This document shows, in pieces, positions 50,387-59,415 of a DNA stretch of 64,000 nucleotides (position 1 is the stretch's first letter; each line of letters begins with the position of its first letter). The stretch is from Acidobacteriota bacterium. Its GTDB lineage: Bacteria > Acidobacteriota > UBA6911. Below the pieces are notes generated by a model. That model did no database searches and was not told where the DNA came from. It saw only the letters and a list, made by a program, of their open reading frames with translations. The position numbers and the translations under genes were made by a program. Location of the stretch: positions 5,696,001 to 5,760,000 of the forward strand of contig OY761556.1 in assembly GCA_963664705.1 (NCBI GenBank). The letters are read 5' to 3'.

Positions 50387-50701
50387 TTAGATGATCGTTT
50401 CCGGGGATGCTTGCAGGGTCCCATAAAGATCCTCAAAGTCCCCCCTCCGCATGATGACCAGATCCTCAGTACGTCTGTCTCCGGTGAGGTGAATGGATAA
50501 TATCGGGATCTTCCCCGGTGCAGCGTTCCGTTGAGCTTGGGCAAACCAGTTCTTTAGGGTCTTGGGGTAGTTGGCTTCAGACCTTTGCTTGCACTCGATA
50601 GAAAATATCGGATGCCTGCAATCCTCTGCTTCAAAGTGATTCCGCTTAGCCCCGATGGATGCCCATGAGAGTTCGTTCTTTTTCCATGTGGAGGTTGGCA
50701 C
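50387..50701 (-). CDS. small PD-(D/E)xK nuclease (Holliday junction resolvase-like)
   Basis: WKKNE...ED...SIECKQR...WFAQA...KIPIL. Confidence 0.65.
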   Translation of the reverse strand: MPTSTWKKNELSWASIGAKRNHFEAEDCRHPIFSIECKQRSEANYPKTLKNWFAQAQRNAAPGKIPILSIHLTGDRRTEDLVIMRRGDFEDLYGTLQASPETII

Positions 50702-51216
50702 TAGGCATTCTCCCCCGTGGCTTCCTCGGGTAGCTGCGTACCCATCCCAGCCCTACCCTCCTCCTCCGCGTCAGGGATCATCTCAAAGCACCCTGCTTTC
50801 ATAGCTTCCCGATAGAGGCTGGAGGGCATGTTGGCTATCAGGATATTCAAGGAATCCCCCTTGGGGCTATCCCCGCTAAACTCCCCGATTCCCTTTAGCA
50901 CCTGCACCCCCAGATTTCCCCGCTTGTAATTGTCGGTAGGGTCATCTAACCCCGCAGTAACCGCTACCACGGCTTTTCCCTTCAGTCTGTCCTTATACCC
51001 TGCTGTTCCCTGTGTTATCTCAGCCTGAGGGCATTCCTCCTTAAAGTCCCGTACAACACGGGCAATAGTTGCCCTGTGGACGTTATATTTTGCTGCAATT
51101 GCCTCTTGCGTCATCCCCCCACAGTAATCGGCTATAACGGCTTTCTTATCTGCTATTTGGAGTCTTTTGTACCCCTTCCGTCCATCCTTGGTTAGTTGCG
51201 TAGGGTAATCGGTCAT
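50701..51216 (-). CDS. HTH protein, possibly terminase-small-subunit-like
   Basis: GMTQEAIAAKYNVHRATIARV HTH; ATG 51216 preferred because the upstream extension crosses the iteron region. Confidence 0.55.
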   Translation of the reverse strand: MTDYPTQLTKDGRKGYKRLQIADKKAVIADYCGGMTQEAIAAKYNVHRATIARVVRDFKEECPQAEITQGTAGYKDRLKGKAVVAVTAGLDDPTDNYKRGNLGVQVLKGIGEFSGDSPKGDSLNILIANMPSSLYREAMKAGCFEMIPDAEEEGRAGMGTQLPEEATGENA

Positions 51217-51274
51217 ATTTGCTACTGTTCCTGTCTCCCCGCTGTAGGGGGTTGTATTGGTTTTAGGTGTATTT

Positions 51275-51445
51275 AGTAGACTAAGTAGTATCTTCTTTAT
51301 TATCAATAACTTAATAATAGACTTAAAGAAGAGAAAGAATAGACTACCAATAGACCGAATAGACCGGATTAGTGGTCTACTCAAGGTCTATTCAGCGGTC
51401 TATTGCTAAATCATTGAAAATAAATGGTATACTATTTAGTCTATT
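51275..51445. repeat. putative replication origin with converging AATAGAC iterons
   Basis: AATAGAC at 51316, 51338, 51349, 51358; inverted GTCTA(T/C)T near 51375, 51386, 51398, 51439; AT-rich; IHF-like TATCAATAACTTA at 51301. Confidence 0.65.
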
Positions 51446-51452
51446 GAAAAGA

Positions 51453-52607
51453 CTACTTAGGCCAGTCGTAGAATTTATCAGGGTGTTGGATTAGGAGTTT
51501 TGCTCCCTTAGCCTTCTGTAGGGCAGCAGTTATTGTAGCCTTTTGAAACATTTTTTTGCCGTTGCTTTTCTTTAATTCATCAACCTGACCGAAGCGGAAT
51601 CCAGCAGGGAAATACATTTTTACATAATCATAAACAGCCCTTTGCTGACTGCACCCTCCGTACAGATTATCGGCAATAAGATCTCCATCATCATGAACCT
51701 CAAAATTAAGACTCTCATCATCGTGCCTTAAAATTAATGGGGACACACCATTGCGACAAATCCCATTAACAACATAGAAGTGTTTGTCTATATCCTCTTG
51801 ACCCACCTTGGAGCGTTCCTCAGCAATCGCCATACGCTGTGGGATGAAATCCAATAATCTTCCATTTCCACGGATATGGTTTATGTAACTCTGAGGTTCG
51901 TGCAGCAAACTAGGCATATCATCCCAATTCATCTTTGTAACATGATGAAGCAGCAGGATAGATTTTATGCTAGTGTTTTTTTTGCAACACTTCTCTAATT
52001 CATTGACAAAGAATTTTATCTGCTCCTCATCTGTTTCCTTTTTTGTAAACACCCGTCCAAGGCAGTCCAAAATAACAACCTCTGGCTTGTATTTATCAAT
52101 GTAGTTGTTCAGGGTGGTAAATCCTTTATCATCACTTAGACTGAGGAACTTTAAGTCTCCATTGTCGGTGGCAGTGTATATGAAATTATCGTTCACTAAT
52201 TGTTGTTCTGAATTAGACAATTGGCTTCCAGTAAGCTGTTTTCCTAGCCTTGATTTGATTACAGCTATACCATTTTCACAATCAACAAATAGCACCTTGT
52301 ATGGCCTCTTGACTTTACGTCCTAAGATGTCCTTACCCGCTGCAATGTGAATTGCAAGCTGTATTGCCAAGAGGGTTTTTCCTATCCCTGGCCTTCCAGC
52401 TAGAATAGCGTTCTGACCTTCTGACAGGAGCCTATCCACAATAAATTCTGGATCGGGGATCTCCAAAGCCATTAGCTCAGAGAGGGTATAGGTTCCATTT
52501 TCAGGGTGTTGGGTTTTTTCTTTAGGTGTTGTTGCTACTGACTCAACCAACCTGAGACTTGATGCAGGGTAGGTACTAGCGGATTCGGTTGTAGCGGATG
52601 TTTCCAT
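51453..52607 (-). CDS. AAA_25/RepA-family (RecA-like) replicative helicase
   Basis: AGRPGIGKT, VLFVDCENG, VVILDCL, LLHHVTK, IRGNG. Confidence 0.85.
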   Translation of the reverse strand: METSATTESASTYPASSLRLVESVATTPKEKTQHPENGTYTLSELMALEIPDPEFIVDRLLSEGQNAILAGRPGIGKTLLAIQLAIHIAAGKDILGRKVKRPYKVLFVDCENGIAVIKSRLGKQLTGSQLSNSEQQLVNDNFIYTATDNGDLKFLSLSDDKGFTTLNNYIDKYKPEVVILDCLGRVFTKKETDEEQIKFFVNELEKCCKKNTSIKSILLLHHVTKMNWDDMPSLLHEPQSYINHIRGNGRLLDFIPQRMAIAEERSKVGQEDIDKHFYVVNGICRNGVSPLILRHDDESLNFEVHDDGDLIADNLYGGCSQQRAVYDYVKMYFPAGFRFGQVDELKKSNGKKMFQKATITAALQKAKGAKLLIQHPDKFYDWPK

Positions 52608-52860
52608 TCAGTGTATTCTCCATATTCTCGTTAAGGGTTAAGCTGACAACTCTCCGCAAATGACGAAGGCTGTCAAACAGTGAAGAGGCGGAGCAACTCG
52701 CCCCGGATTCAAACTCAGTTAAAAGCTGTGGCCCTTGCCCCATTGGATCGGCAAAGACAAACACAACCCGGTTTCCTGTCCTCTCGCCACGGATGAAGTT
52801 CAACCTCCCCGTAGCCCGGAGGAAGCAGGAAAAATGTAGGTTTTCAGTCCTGTATTCCAC
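52576..52860 (-). CDS. DUF5659-like small phage/MGE protein
   Basis: YRTENLHFSCFL..G...RVVFVF; GTG start after AGGAG. Confidence 0.6.
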   Translation of the reverse strand: MEYRTENLHFSCFLRATGRLNFIRGERTGNRVVFVFADPMGQGPQLLTEFESGASCSASSLFDSLRHLRRVVSLTLNENMENTLNGNIRYNRIR

Positions 52861-53560
52861 GTTCTACTCCTGTTAGTGGTTATGTTTGGATGGCTTAGCC
52901 AGACCATAGACCTTGCTAGGTTGACTAAGCGGATGTTTCCTTAGGGGATGGCTATGCGTCTAACCATTGGCCCCAAAAGGTTTACGGCAATTGTAAAGTT
53001 GTAGCTCTAACCAGGCTTTAACTATTGTTGTCTAATATGCGGTTTTTCTAAGAGGCTTGTCTTCAGAGGTTTATCTGTCATTCTCTTCTAAGTAGTCTGC
53101 AATTCTAACTATACTATCTTGATTGATTCGATTATCTATACGGGGTGGGGAGTGTTTGTCCTTGTCCACTCCACAAGGGGCAATCATACACTATATGTGG
53201 CATTAATGCAATGCAAATTACTACATGTTGTGGTGTACATATGGTGAATATATTGCATTGTTGTCTCCAATCCGCAGCATAAGTCGTTTAACCATATTGT
53301 TTAACACAAATAGGGCTAAAACAAATCCCTGGATTTGCCTCGGAACGGAGAGGCTCCCAACGGGCCAGCATTATTTGTGATGATCCACCCCAGCAGGCAC
53401 GGCAGAGGGCCAAGAAGCACCCAAGGAGGGAGGCAGAGCATAAGCCCTGCCAGTCTCCATAATATTCTCGCATCCGGTAGACGTTCCCCCGCATTTTACG
53501 TTCTTGATGGTAGGGTGTGATGATTGCCATAGCATGGGGGTGGTGGTAGGCTCGGGGAAA

Positions 53561-53980
53561 ATGAAAATCGATGCTTTCTGTAAACCTAAAATCGTTGCCA
53601 GTCTCTTATCAGGCATGATCTATTTTGCGCTGATATGGATTCTAGCCATGACTACGATCTATCCCACGGGTTGGCATTTTAGAGCCATGTACGGGACAGG
53701 GATACTTTTCACTCTTTGTGCTAGTTCAGTTTCTAGGCTCTGGATTCGTAATCTCATAGTTTTATGCTTTGCTGGGGCTAGCGGCATTTTCATCGGAAAG
53801 GCATGGATTACCTACCGATGGTCAGATGTAGACCTCACATTTAAAGGAACAATTTGGATTGCATTAACCGATCTGGACGAATTAGATGCCGGGTTGTTTC
53901 TGGCTATGGTGATTGCTTGGCTTGTTACAAATCAGATCATCAAGTGGAAAAAAAGTCGTAAAATCCGTCACGGAGACTAG
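53561..53980 (+). CDS. small multi-pass membrane protein
   Basis: four hydrophobic segments; ATG 8 nt after TTGCCA-17-TAGGCT. Confidence 0.6.
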   Translation: MKIDAFCKPKIVASLLSGMIYFALIWILAMTTIYPTGWHFRAMYGTGILFTLCASSVSRLWIRNLIVLCFAGASGIFIGKAWITYRWSDVDLTFKGTIWIALTDLDELDAGLFLAMVIAWLVTNQIIKWKKSRKIRHGD

Positions 53981-54055
53981 AACCATGCTCCCCCTACTCC
54001 TTCTCGCCTTGCTCATGCCCGTTGGGGAGGGGTAGGCACAAACCCGTATGCTCTT

Positions 54056-54724
54056 GTGCAGGACAATATCCGGTTATTGATACTCTGTTCACGATTTTCG
54101 GATGTTTGTTTAACTGGAACGGGAATCTGCAAGTTTATGGATAGAAGAATAGTAACCACAGCATGTACTTGCTATTCATCCTCAGGGCAGGAAACAGAAA
54201 AATACGCGCCAGGTTGGTGCTACAACCCAGTCAGCATAGGGCGTAATAAGATACGCGAGCTATTGTTCCTGCTTTTCTTATGTTTCCCCCTTGGGGCAGT
54301 TGCACAATCAACAAATGGGTCGCCTGATTTGAGTGGTACTTGGAAACTGAATATTGGCAAAAGCAAACACATACGATTACGATCAGCCACCAAAGAGGAA
54401 ATAATTGCTCATCCTCCAGTCTATGAGATTCAGCAGTCAGGCGATTTTTTAGAACTCACTTTACGATGGGGTGGCCAAATATCAACGGCCAAGTACAATG
54501 TGGATGGCAAAGCCTATTTAACTTCAACTCCGGAATCCCGTGCATGGATGCGGGCCTATTGGAGCAAAAGGGGTTTCACTATTGAGGAAGAGCATTTTGC
54601 AATCCCCAAAAATCCCAAATGGATTCGTAGGATTACCCTATCCGATGATAGCCAGATGCTAATTGCAAGAACATCGATTGACCTATATGGAATTGAGGAG
54701 ATGCTTGTGTTTGATAAGCAGTGA
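54056..54724 (+). CDS. exported beta-barrel-like protein (true start probably near 54250)
   Basis: LLFLLFLCFPLGAVAQ signal, then PDLSGTWKLNIGKS..YNVDGK..LSDD. Confidence 0.6.
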   Translation: MQDNIRLLILCSRFSDVCLTGTGICKFMDRRIVTTACTCYSSSGQETEKYAPGWCYNPVSIGRNKIRELLFLLFLCFPLGAVAQSTNGSPDLSGTWKLNIGKSKHIRLRSATKEEIIAHPPVYEIQQSGDFLELTLRWGGQISTAKYNVDGKAYLTSTPESRAWMRAYWSKRGFTIEEEHFAIPKNPKWIRRITLSDDSQMLIARTSIDLYGIEEMLVFDKQ

Positions 54725-54845
54725 AGTTCGCTATGATGGACAGATGGGATACAAGGTCTTGCCCTTACATTGCCAATCTTTCTCTGGTGGTAGTAGGCTC
54801 ACTCCTAATGGTTTAACGATCATCGTCATCAAGAGGTTAAGCCAG

Positions 54846-55337
54846 ATGCCCTCCAAAACACTGGCCATTGTCTTGGGCTTAGCGTTGGTGCTGGGTTGGG
54901 GTGCAGTGTATGTGAACGCTCAGGGACAGGAACAAGCACTAACTGTAGGTGATTTAATCAACAATCCATCGAAATATGCTTCTAAGATAGTCGTTGTCCG
55001 GGGCGAGCTAATTCCTGATTATCATGGAAAGGCTTTATGTGATAAGAAAGTGAGACCTTGTGTCTATATTACAAATACCCCAGATAGTATCTACCCCAAG
55101 CCTAATTTTGAAGTGGAGAAGGACAGTTTGTATTGGGACTATGAGCGTTTGGTGATGGAACAACTTGGGGGAAGAAACACGGAACTTATATTGACTCTCC
55201 GAGGACGATTCGATATTCCCCCTAAAGGATCTAATAGCCTAAAAGAACTTGTGCTTCAAAAGGTCATTGCTCTTGAGGTTCGTAAGAAACCCCCAGAAAT
55301 ACTTGCAGACCCTCCGGTATTCCGATTTGATAAGTGA
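54846..55337 (+). CDS. exported protein, OB-fold-like
   Basis: signal MPSKTLAIVLGLALVLGWGAVYVNA-Q; TVGDLINNPSKYASKIVVVRG. Confidence 0.65.
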   Translation: MPSKTLAIVLGLALVLGWGAVYVNAQGQEQALTVGDLINNPSKYASKIVVVRGELIPDYHGKALCDKKVRPCVYITNTPDSIYPKPNFEVEKDSLYWDYERLVMEQLGGRNTELILTLRGRFDIPPKGSNSLKELVLQKVIALEVRKKPPEILADPPVFRFDK

Positions 55338-55369
55338 AACTGCGAGGGGTTGTTCAGGTTTGAGTGGGG

Positions 55370-55840
55370 CTATTGCTCGGGTTTAGATTCGCTATTGGTT
55401 TGACAACCGCAAGTCTTGTGGTTGAACTGAAGAAGAAGGGTACGGTTTCTAGGTGCTTCTGTCTCGCTCAGTAGAACAAGCAACTTGCCTTCCGGTCCAT
55501 ATTTCAAATCGTAGTCATAATAGGCTATGATGCTACTATTTGCTCCGATAAATATAACGTACCTATCGTATCTCAACAAAACCTCTATGAAGACCTTCTT
55601 GTAGGCATATAGTTTTTCAGTACAAATCACCTTACAAAGGGCATTCTTGAGTTTTTCCACAGCAACCCCTTCTGGTAAGCTAATTGCACAGAAGACTTTG
55701 TCCCCCTCTTCACTACGGTCGATTTTGAGTAAACGGTACGAAACGTCCTGCGCTGAAGTAGGCTGATCCTGTCCAATCGCGTACGGGATAATGGCAAGCA
55801 CCACCCCAAGCACAAGCAGATGCGGGAAGCATATTCGCAT
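55370..55840 (-). CDS. exported hypothetical protein
   Basis: signal MRICFPHLLVLGVVLAIIPYAIG-Q. Confidence 0.6.
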   Translation of the reverse strand: MRICFPHLLVLGVVLAIIPYAIGQDQPTSAQDVSYRLLKIDRSEEGDKVFCAISLPEGVAVEKLKNALCKVICTEKLYAYKKVFIEVLLRYDRYVIFIGANSSIIAYYDYDLKYGPEGKLLVLLSETEAPRNRTLLLQFNHKTCGCQTNSESKPEQ

Positions 55841-55853
55841 AGTTATCCGTGCT

Positions 55854-56384
55854 TCATCGGAAGAGCCACTTTTCAGGGCCATTATCGGATATGAGGACGT
55901 TACCTTCAGCTTTCTTCCGCAGAGGTTTAGCAGGAGGAACCAGGGGGTCGGTTGGATAGGTTTTGCCATTGAACCTTAGTTCCGTTTCGTATCGCGTTCC
56001 AACCCCTCCGCTACGTACCCAAACCGTCAGGTTACGCCAACCATTCGATGACGTGTTGAGGACGCGAATGGGAAGATTCACGTATGGTAGTTCTGTGATG
56101 ATTCTATAAGACGAACCCTCAGGTTGAAGAATCAGCGTTGAACAACCTCCACTCCCACACCAACCCCCTCCAGTCAGATAAACGATAGCTTCTTCGTTGC
56201 CATCTCCATTTAGGTTAATCCATGCCTCTAGGTAAGTTGTATAATCAACGACTCTTCCAGCCCGCATTTTCACATAACCCTGAAGAAACCTTTTGAGGGA
56301 ACCTGAATCCTGTGCCACTGCCACGCTAGGCAGGATAAAAAGCATCAGGGTTATAAGAAGCAGATGCGGGAAGGGTTTGGGCAT
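55854..56384 (-). CDS. exported hypothetical protein (LNGDG..WCGSGGC type)
   Basis: signal MPKPFPHLLLITLMLFILPSVAVA-Q; NLNGDGNEEAIVYL..WCGSGGCSTLIL, SSNGWRNL. Confidence 0.75.
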   Translation of the reverse strand: MPKPFPHLLLITLMLFILPSVAVAQDSGSLKRFLQGYVKMRAGRVVDYTTYLEAWINLNGDGNEEAIVYLTGGGWCGSGGCSTLILQPEGSSYRIITELPYVNLPIRVLNTSSNGWRNLTVWVRSGGVGTRYETELRFNGKTYPTDPLVPPAKPLRKKAEGNVLISDNGPEKWLFR

Positions 56385-56398
56385 GATGCATTTCAAAC

Positions 56399-56839
56399 TC
56401 ATAGGCATCCCGATAGTTCCTTGTTCAGGGTTATCTCTTTCAGCAAGTCTTGGCCGCCTTCTTTGCTCATGGGTTGGCGTGGATAGGGTGCTGAAAAATG
56501 AAAAACCAAATACACAGTGTACTCGCTACAGTACCAAGGAGATTTTTCCTTCCCAAGTTCGATCAAAATGGCTGTTGATTGCTCGTCCATGCAACAATAG
56601 TTCTTTGTAAATCTGATACCCTTTGAATCAAGGTAATCTTCAACTTTATTGCGGGTCATCGGTGGTTTGAGGATCTTGGAGTAGTACTGAAGCTGTGATT
56701 CATAGGCTGCTTGATGTCCCTTGGGTATCGGTTCCACACCTTTTCTGGACGGTGAATAAAGCCAATAAAGGCTACTCAAGCCAATAACCACTAGCATTAA
56801 AAGCATGGATGCTATTGTGATTCTCTTCCGGTTGGTCAT
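56399..56839 (-). CDS. membrane-anchored hypothetical protein
   Basis: N-terminal TM helix; MTRNKVEDYL, WYCSE; TAAGAT 7 nt before the ATG. Confidence 0.65.
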   Translation of the reverse strand: MTNRKRITIASMLLMLVVIGLSSLYWLYSPSRKGVEPIPKGHQAAYESQLQYYSKILKPPMTRNKVEDYLDSKGIRFTKNYCCMDEQSTAILIELGKEKSPWYCSEYTVYLVFHFSAPYPRQPMSKEGGQDLLKEITLNKELSGCL

Positions 56840-56919
56840 TAGGGCTATCTTACCCCACTCCCATGCAGGGGCGTTTTGAAATCTTAGGTTGATTTAACTT
56901 ACTGCCTTATACTCAGATT

Positions 56920-57189
56920 ATGAAACCCTCCGACCTGATTCCACTAATCCTGTTTAGTGCCTTCTTCTATGTCTCAGGAGCGTTGCTCCTTTTTAGAACA
57001 AAATATTTTGTCGAAAAGGCAAGGCGTAGATACGAAAAAAGTGGGGTATTACTCAAGATAGCCCCGCAATCAAGAATTGTGCTGAAACCTTGGTATCCTC
57101 TCTTTCTTCGCTGTGCTGGTGTTTTCATTTGGCTATGGGCATTGATGGTTGATTGCTTTGTACTCTTCTACCATGCCTCCGGCACATAA
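56920..57189 (+). CDS. small two-TM membrane protein
   Basis: two hydrophobic helices; TATACT 6 nt before the ATG. Confidence 0.6.
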   Translation: MKPSDLIPLILFSAFFYVSGALLLFRTKYFVEKARRRYEKSGVLLKIAPQSRIVLKPWYPLFLRCAGVFIWLWALMVDCFVLFYHASGT

Positions 57190-57487
57190 GGTGAGCCATG
57201 GCAGGAGTTTTAAAAAATTATTTCCTATCCACCCTACAGCCTTGCACTGACTTCAGCATGGGGGGGGGTGGTTCCACCGGGGGCTAGGAAAAGGATGCTT
57301 ACGGCAAAGCAAACAGAAAAGGCAATTAACCTTAGACCTGAGCCTTGCAGGATGGCTCACGGTACTGCCCGATTATGGTGGCAGTTTTGGTGGCAGTAAG
57401 CGTGAGGATTGAGTGATCCTCTGGGAAGGGGCTTCATTACAGGCTGATTTAATGCGAATACAAACCTGAAGCAGTCCAAAACGCACT

Positions 57488-57532
57488 CTGGCAGTCAGGA
57501 GGTCACGAGTTCGATCTTCGTCAGCTCCACCA
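57488..57532 (+). repeat. att site 3: 3' half of tRNA-Ala(GGC)
   Basis: same 45-mer with one C>T change (TCGATCTTCG); followed by IHF-like AATCAATAACTTA. Confidence 0.9.
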
Positions 57533-58261
57533 ATAAAATCAATAACTTACGACGAATCCACAAATCCCCAAAGGTAACAAAAAGGTAGCAGCGTATGTCC
57601 AGCTAAGGCTGGGGTATTCAGTGGGAGTCTACCCCACCAGAGCAAAAGTCAGAGCTCTGTAGCTTGGATAGCCGGGCGGGAAGGAAACTGAACCCTGGAA
57701 GTCTATCGACAAAGCCATCCTTGGGATGGTGAGCGAGTCATTGGGCCGTAACGAAAGTGAACGCACAGGTGCCCCCGATACTTTATACCTCAGAGGCCGA
57801 GCTCCCGTTGTTAGGGCGAAGGCAGCATGGAACGCCGCCAACTGACCGATGCGGCGGGACACTCTGGCGGGGCGGTAGCGGCAGCACGATGACAAGGATG
57901 CACCGAGCAACTGGAGAAGCCCTCCTCATCCCGTCGCGAAATCGACGGAGCGAGAACCCGTATAACCGGCTAAACCGGGAAGTCGGGGGAAGGATGAGAG
58001 GGTGACGGAAGGGTCCGCAGTAGCGAAGAAGCGGAGTAATGTCCGTGGAGCGAAGGGGCCCTGCTGTTTGTACTGGCACCAACAATATGGGAGGCAAGGG
58101 TGAGATGACAAAGGCACCCAGCAGTTTGCAGGACCTGAGGCGGAGCCTATACGTGAAGGCGAAGGCGGAACCAACCTGGCGTTTCTGGGGACTTAACCAT
58201 GACCCGATTCCGTTGACACACTGAAAAGGGTGGAACATTCTAGTCCACCAGAGGGTGTGTC

Positions 58262-58555
58262 ATGGAAAAACAGCGAAGGAAGTACACGAAGGAATTCAAA
58301 ATCGAAGCAGTTCGTATGCTCACCGAGTCAAATATCACCATTGCACAGGCCAGCAGAGATTTGGGAATAAACGCAAACATGCTGACACGTTGGAAAAAGG
58401 AATTCGCAAACACCTCTCAAGCATTTCCGGGATCTGGGCATTTGAAACCAGAGGAGGAAGAACTCCGTCGCCTACGGCGCGAGAATGCCTTACTGCGTCA
58501 GGAGCGCGATATATTAAAAAAAGCGACGGCGTTCTTTGCCAAAGAATCCAAATGA
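58262..58555 (+). CDS. IS3 transposase OrfA
   Basis: [28 protein letters not shown]; A7G slippery site at 58516. Confidence 0.93.
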   Translation: MEKQRRKYTKEFKIEAVRMLTESNITIAQASRDLGINANMLTRWKKEFANTSQAFPGSGHLKPEEEELRRLRRENALLRQERDILKKATAFFAKESK

Positions 58556-59415
58556 GGTATGGCTTCATTCAAGCGCATCGGCATGAATTTACGATATCGC
58601 TGATGTGTCGAGTGCTTGAAGTATCCAGAGCCGGATTCTACCTTTGGCTCAAGCGGCCCGAGAGCCCGAGGAATGCAGAGAACAGCCGATTATTACTAGC
58701 AATTCGGGCAATTCATCGGGCAAGCCGGGGCGCGTACGGAAGTCCCAGAATTCATGCGCAATTGCGGGCAGTGTCCAAATTACACAGCAGGAATCGTATT
58801 GCCAGGCTAATGCGCGAGAATAGGATCCAAGGCAAACAGAAACGGAAATTTAGAGTTACGACAGATTCAAAACATAATTTCCCGATATCTCCAAATGTGT
58901 TGAACCGGGAATTTGCGGTGAAAATGCCAAACAAAGCTTGGGTGGCGGATATCACATACATCCCAACAAAAGAAGGCTGGTTGTATCTGGCCGCGGTGAT
59001 GGATCTGTACTCAAGAAGGATCGTTGGCTGGGCCATGGGTAGCCGGATTTGTCGACATCTGGTTGAAAGAGCTCTGTGCATGGCTTTTTTCAAACGTAAC
59101 CCATCACCAGGTCTGCTCCATCATTCAGATCGAGGCAGCCAATACGCCAGCGGGGATTACCAGAAGTTATTGAAATCTAGCGGAGTTCTTTGCAGCATGA
59201 GCCGCAAAGGCAATTGCTGGGATAATGCTGTTATGGAAAGTTTCTTTGCCACGCTGAAAACAGAACTTATTTATCATCGAAATTACGAAACGAGAAAGGA
59301 GGCGCAATCAGATATTTTTGAGTATATCGAAGTGTTTTATAATCGACAGCGGCTTCACTCGGCTCTGGGCTATCGGAGCCCTGAAGCCTATGAGGAATCT
59401 GCCAAAGCCGCTTAA
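58552..59415 (+). CDS. IS3 transposase OrfB (DDE)
   Basis: [42 protein letters not shown]. Confidence 0.95.
   Translation: MRYGFIQAHRHEFTISLMCRVLEVSRAGFYLWLKRPESPRNAENSRLLLAIRAIHRASRGAYGSPRIHAQLRAVSKLHSRNRIARLMRENRIQGKQKRKFRVTTDSKHNFPISPNVLNREFAVKMPNKAWVADITYIPTKEGWLYLAAVMDLYSRRIVGWAMGSRICRHLVERALCMAFFKRNPSPGLLHHSDRGSQYASGDYQKLLKSSGVLCSMSRKGNCWDNAVMESFFATLKTELIYHRNYETRKEAQSDIFEYIEVFYNRQRLHSALGYRSPEAYEESAKAA

Larger units (their letters stand above)
47872..57532. mobile_element. 9.6-kb integrative, satellite-like element
   Basis: tRNA repeats at both ends, intact integrase, repressor, helicase and ori; paired TGGTGGCA arm repeats at 47964 and 57376. Confidence 0.85.

Noticed and set aside
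51217-51384. N-terminal extension of the 227-aa ORF
   Set aside because: Low-complexity translation of the iteron/AT-rich origin.
53288-53530. Possible extra cassette gene on the minus strand
   Set aside because: The hydrophobic reading frame has no start codon and the listed ORFs look non-coding; at most a remnant.
53500-57300. Integron cassette array
   Set aside because: No attC-like RYYYAAC...GTTRRRY palindromes were seen, orientations are mixed, and the integrase looks phage-type.
42439-57532. Three functional tRNA-Ala genes, or a CRISPR-like repeat set
   Set aside because: Each copy lacks the 5' acceptor strand and D-arm and they are kilobases apart; they are att duplications. No regularly spaced repeat-spacer array was seen anywhere.
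58255-58551. N-terminal part of the 386-aa track ORF
   Set aside because: Alternative frame over OrfA; biologically joined only by the -1 frameshift at A7G.
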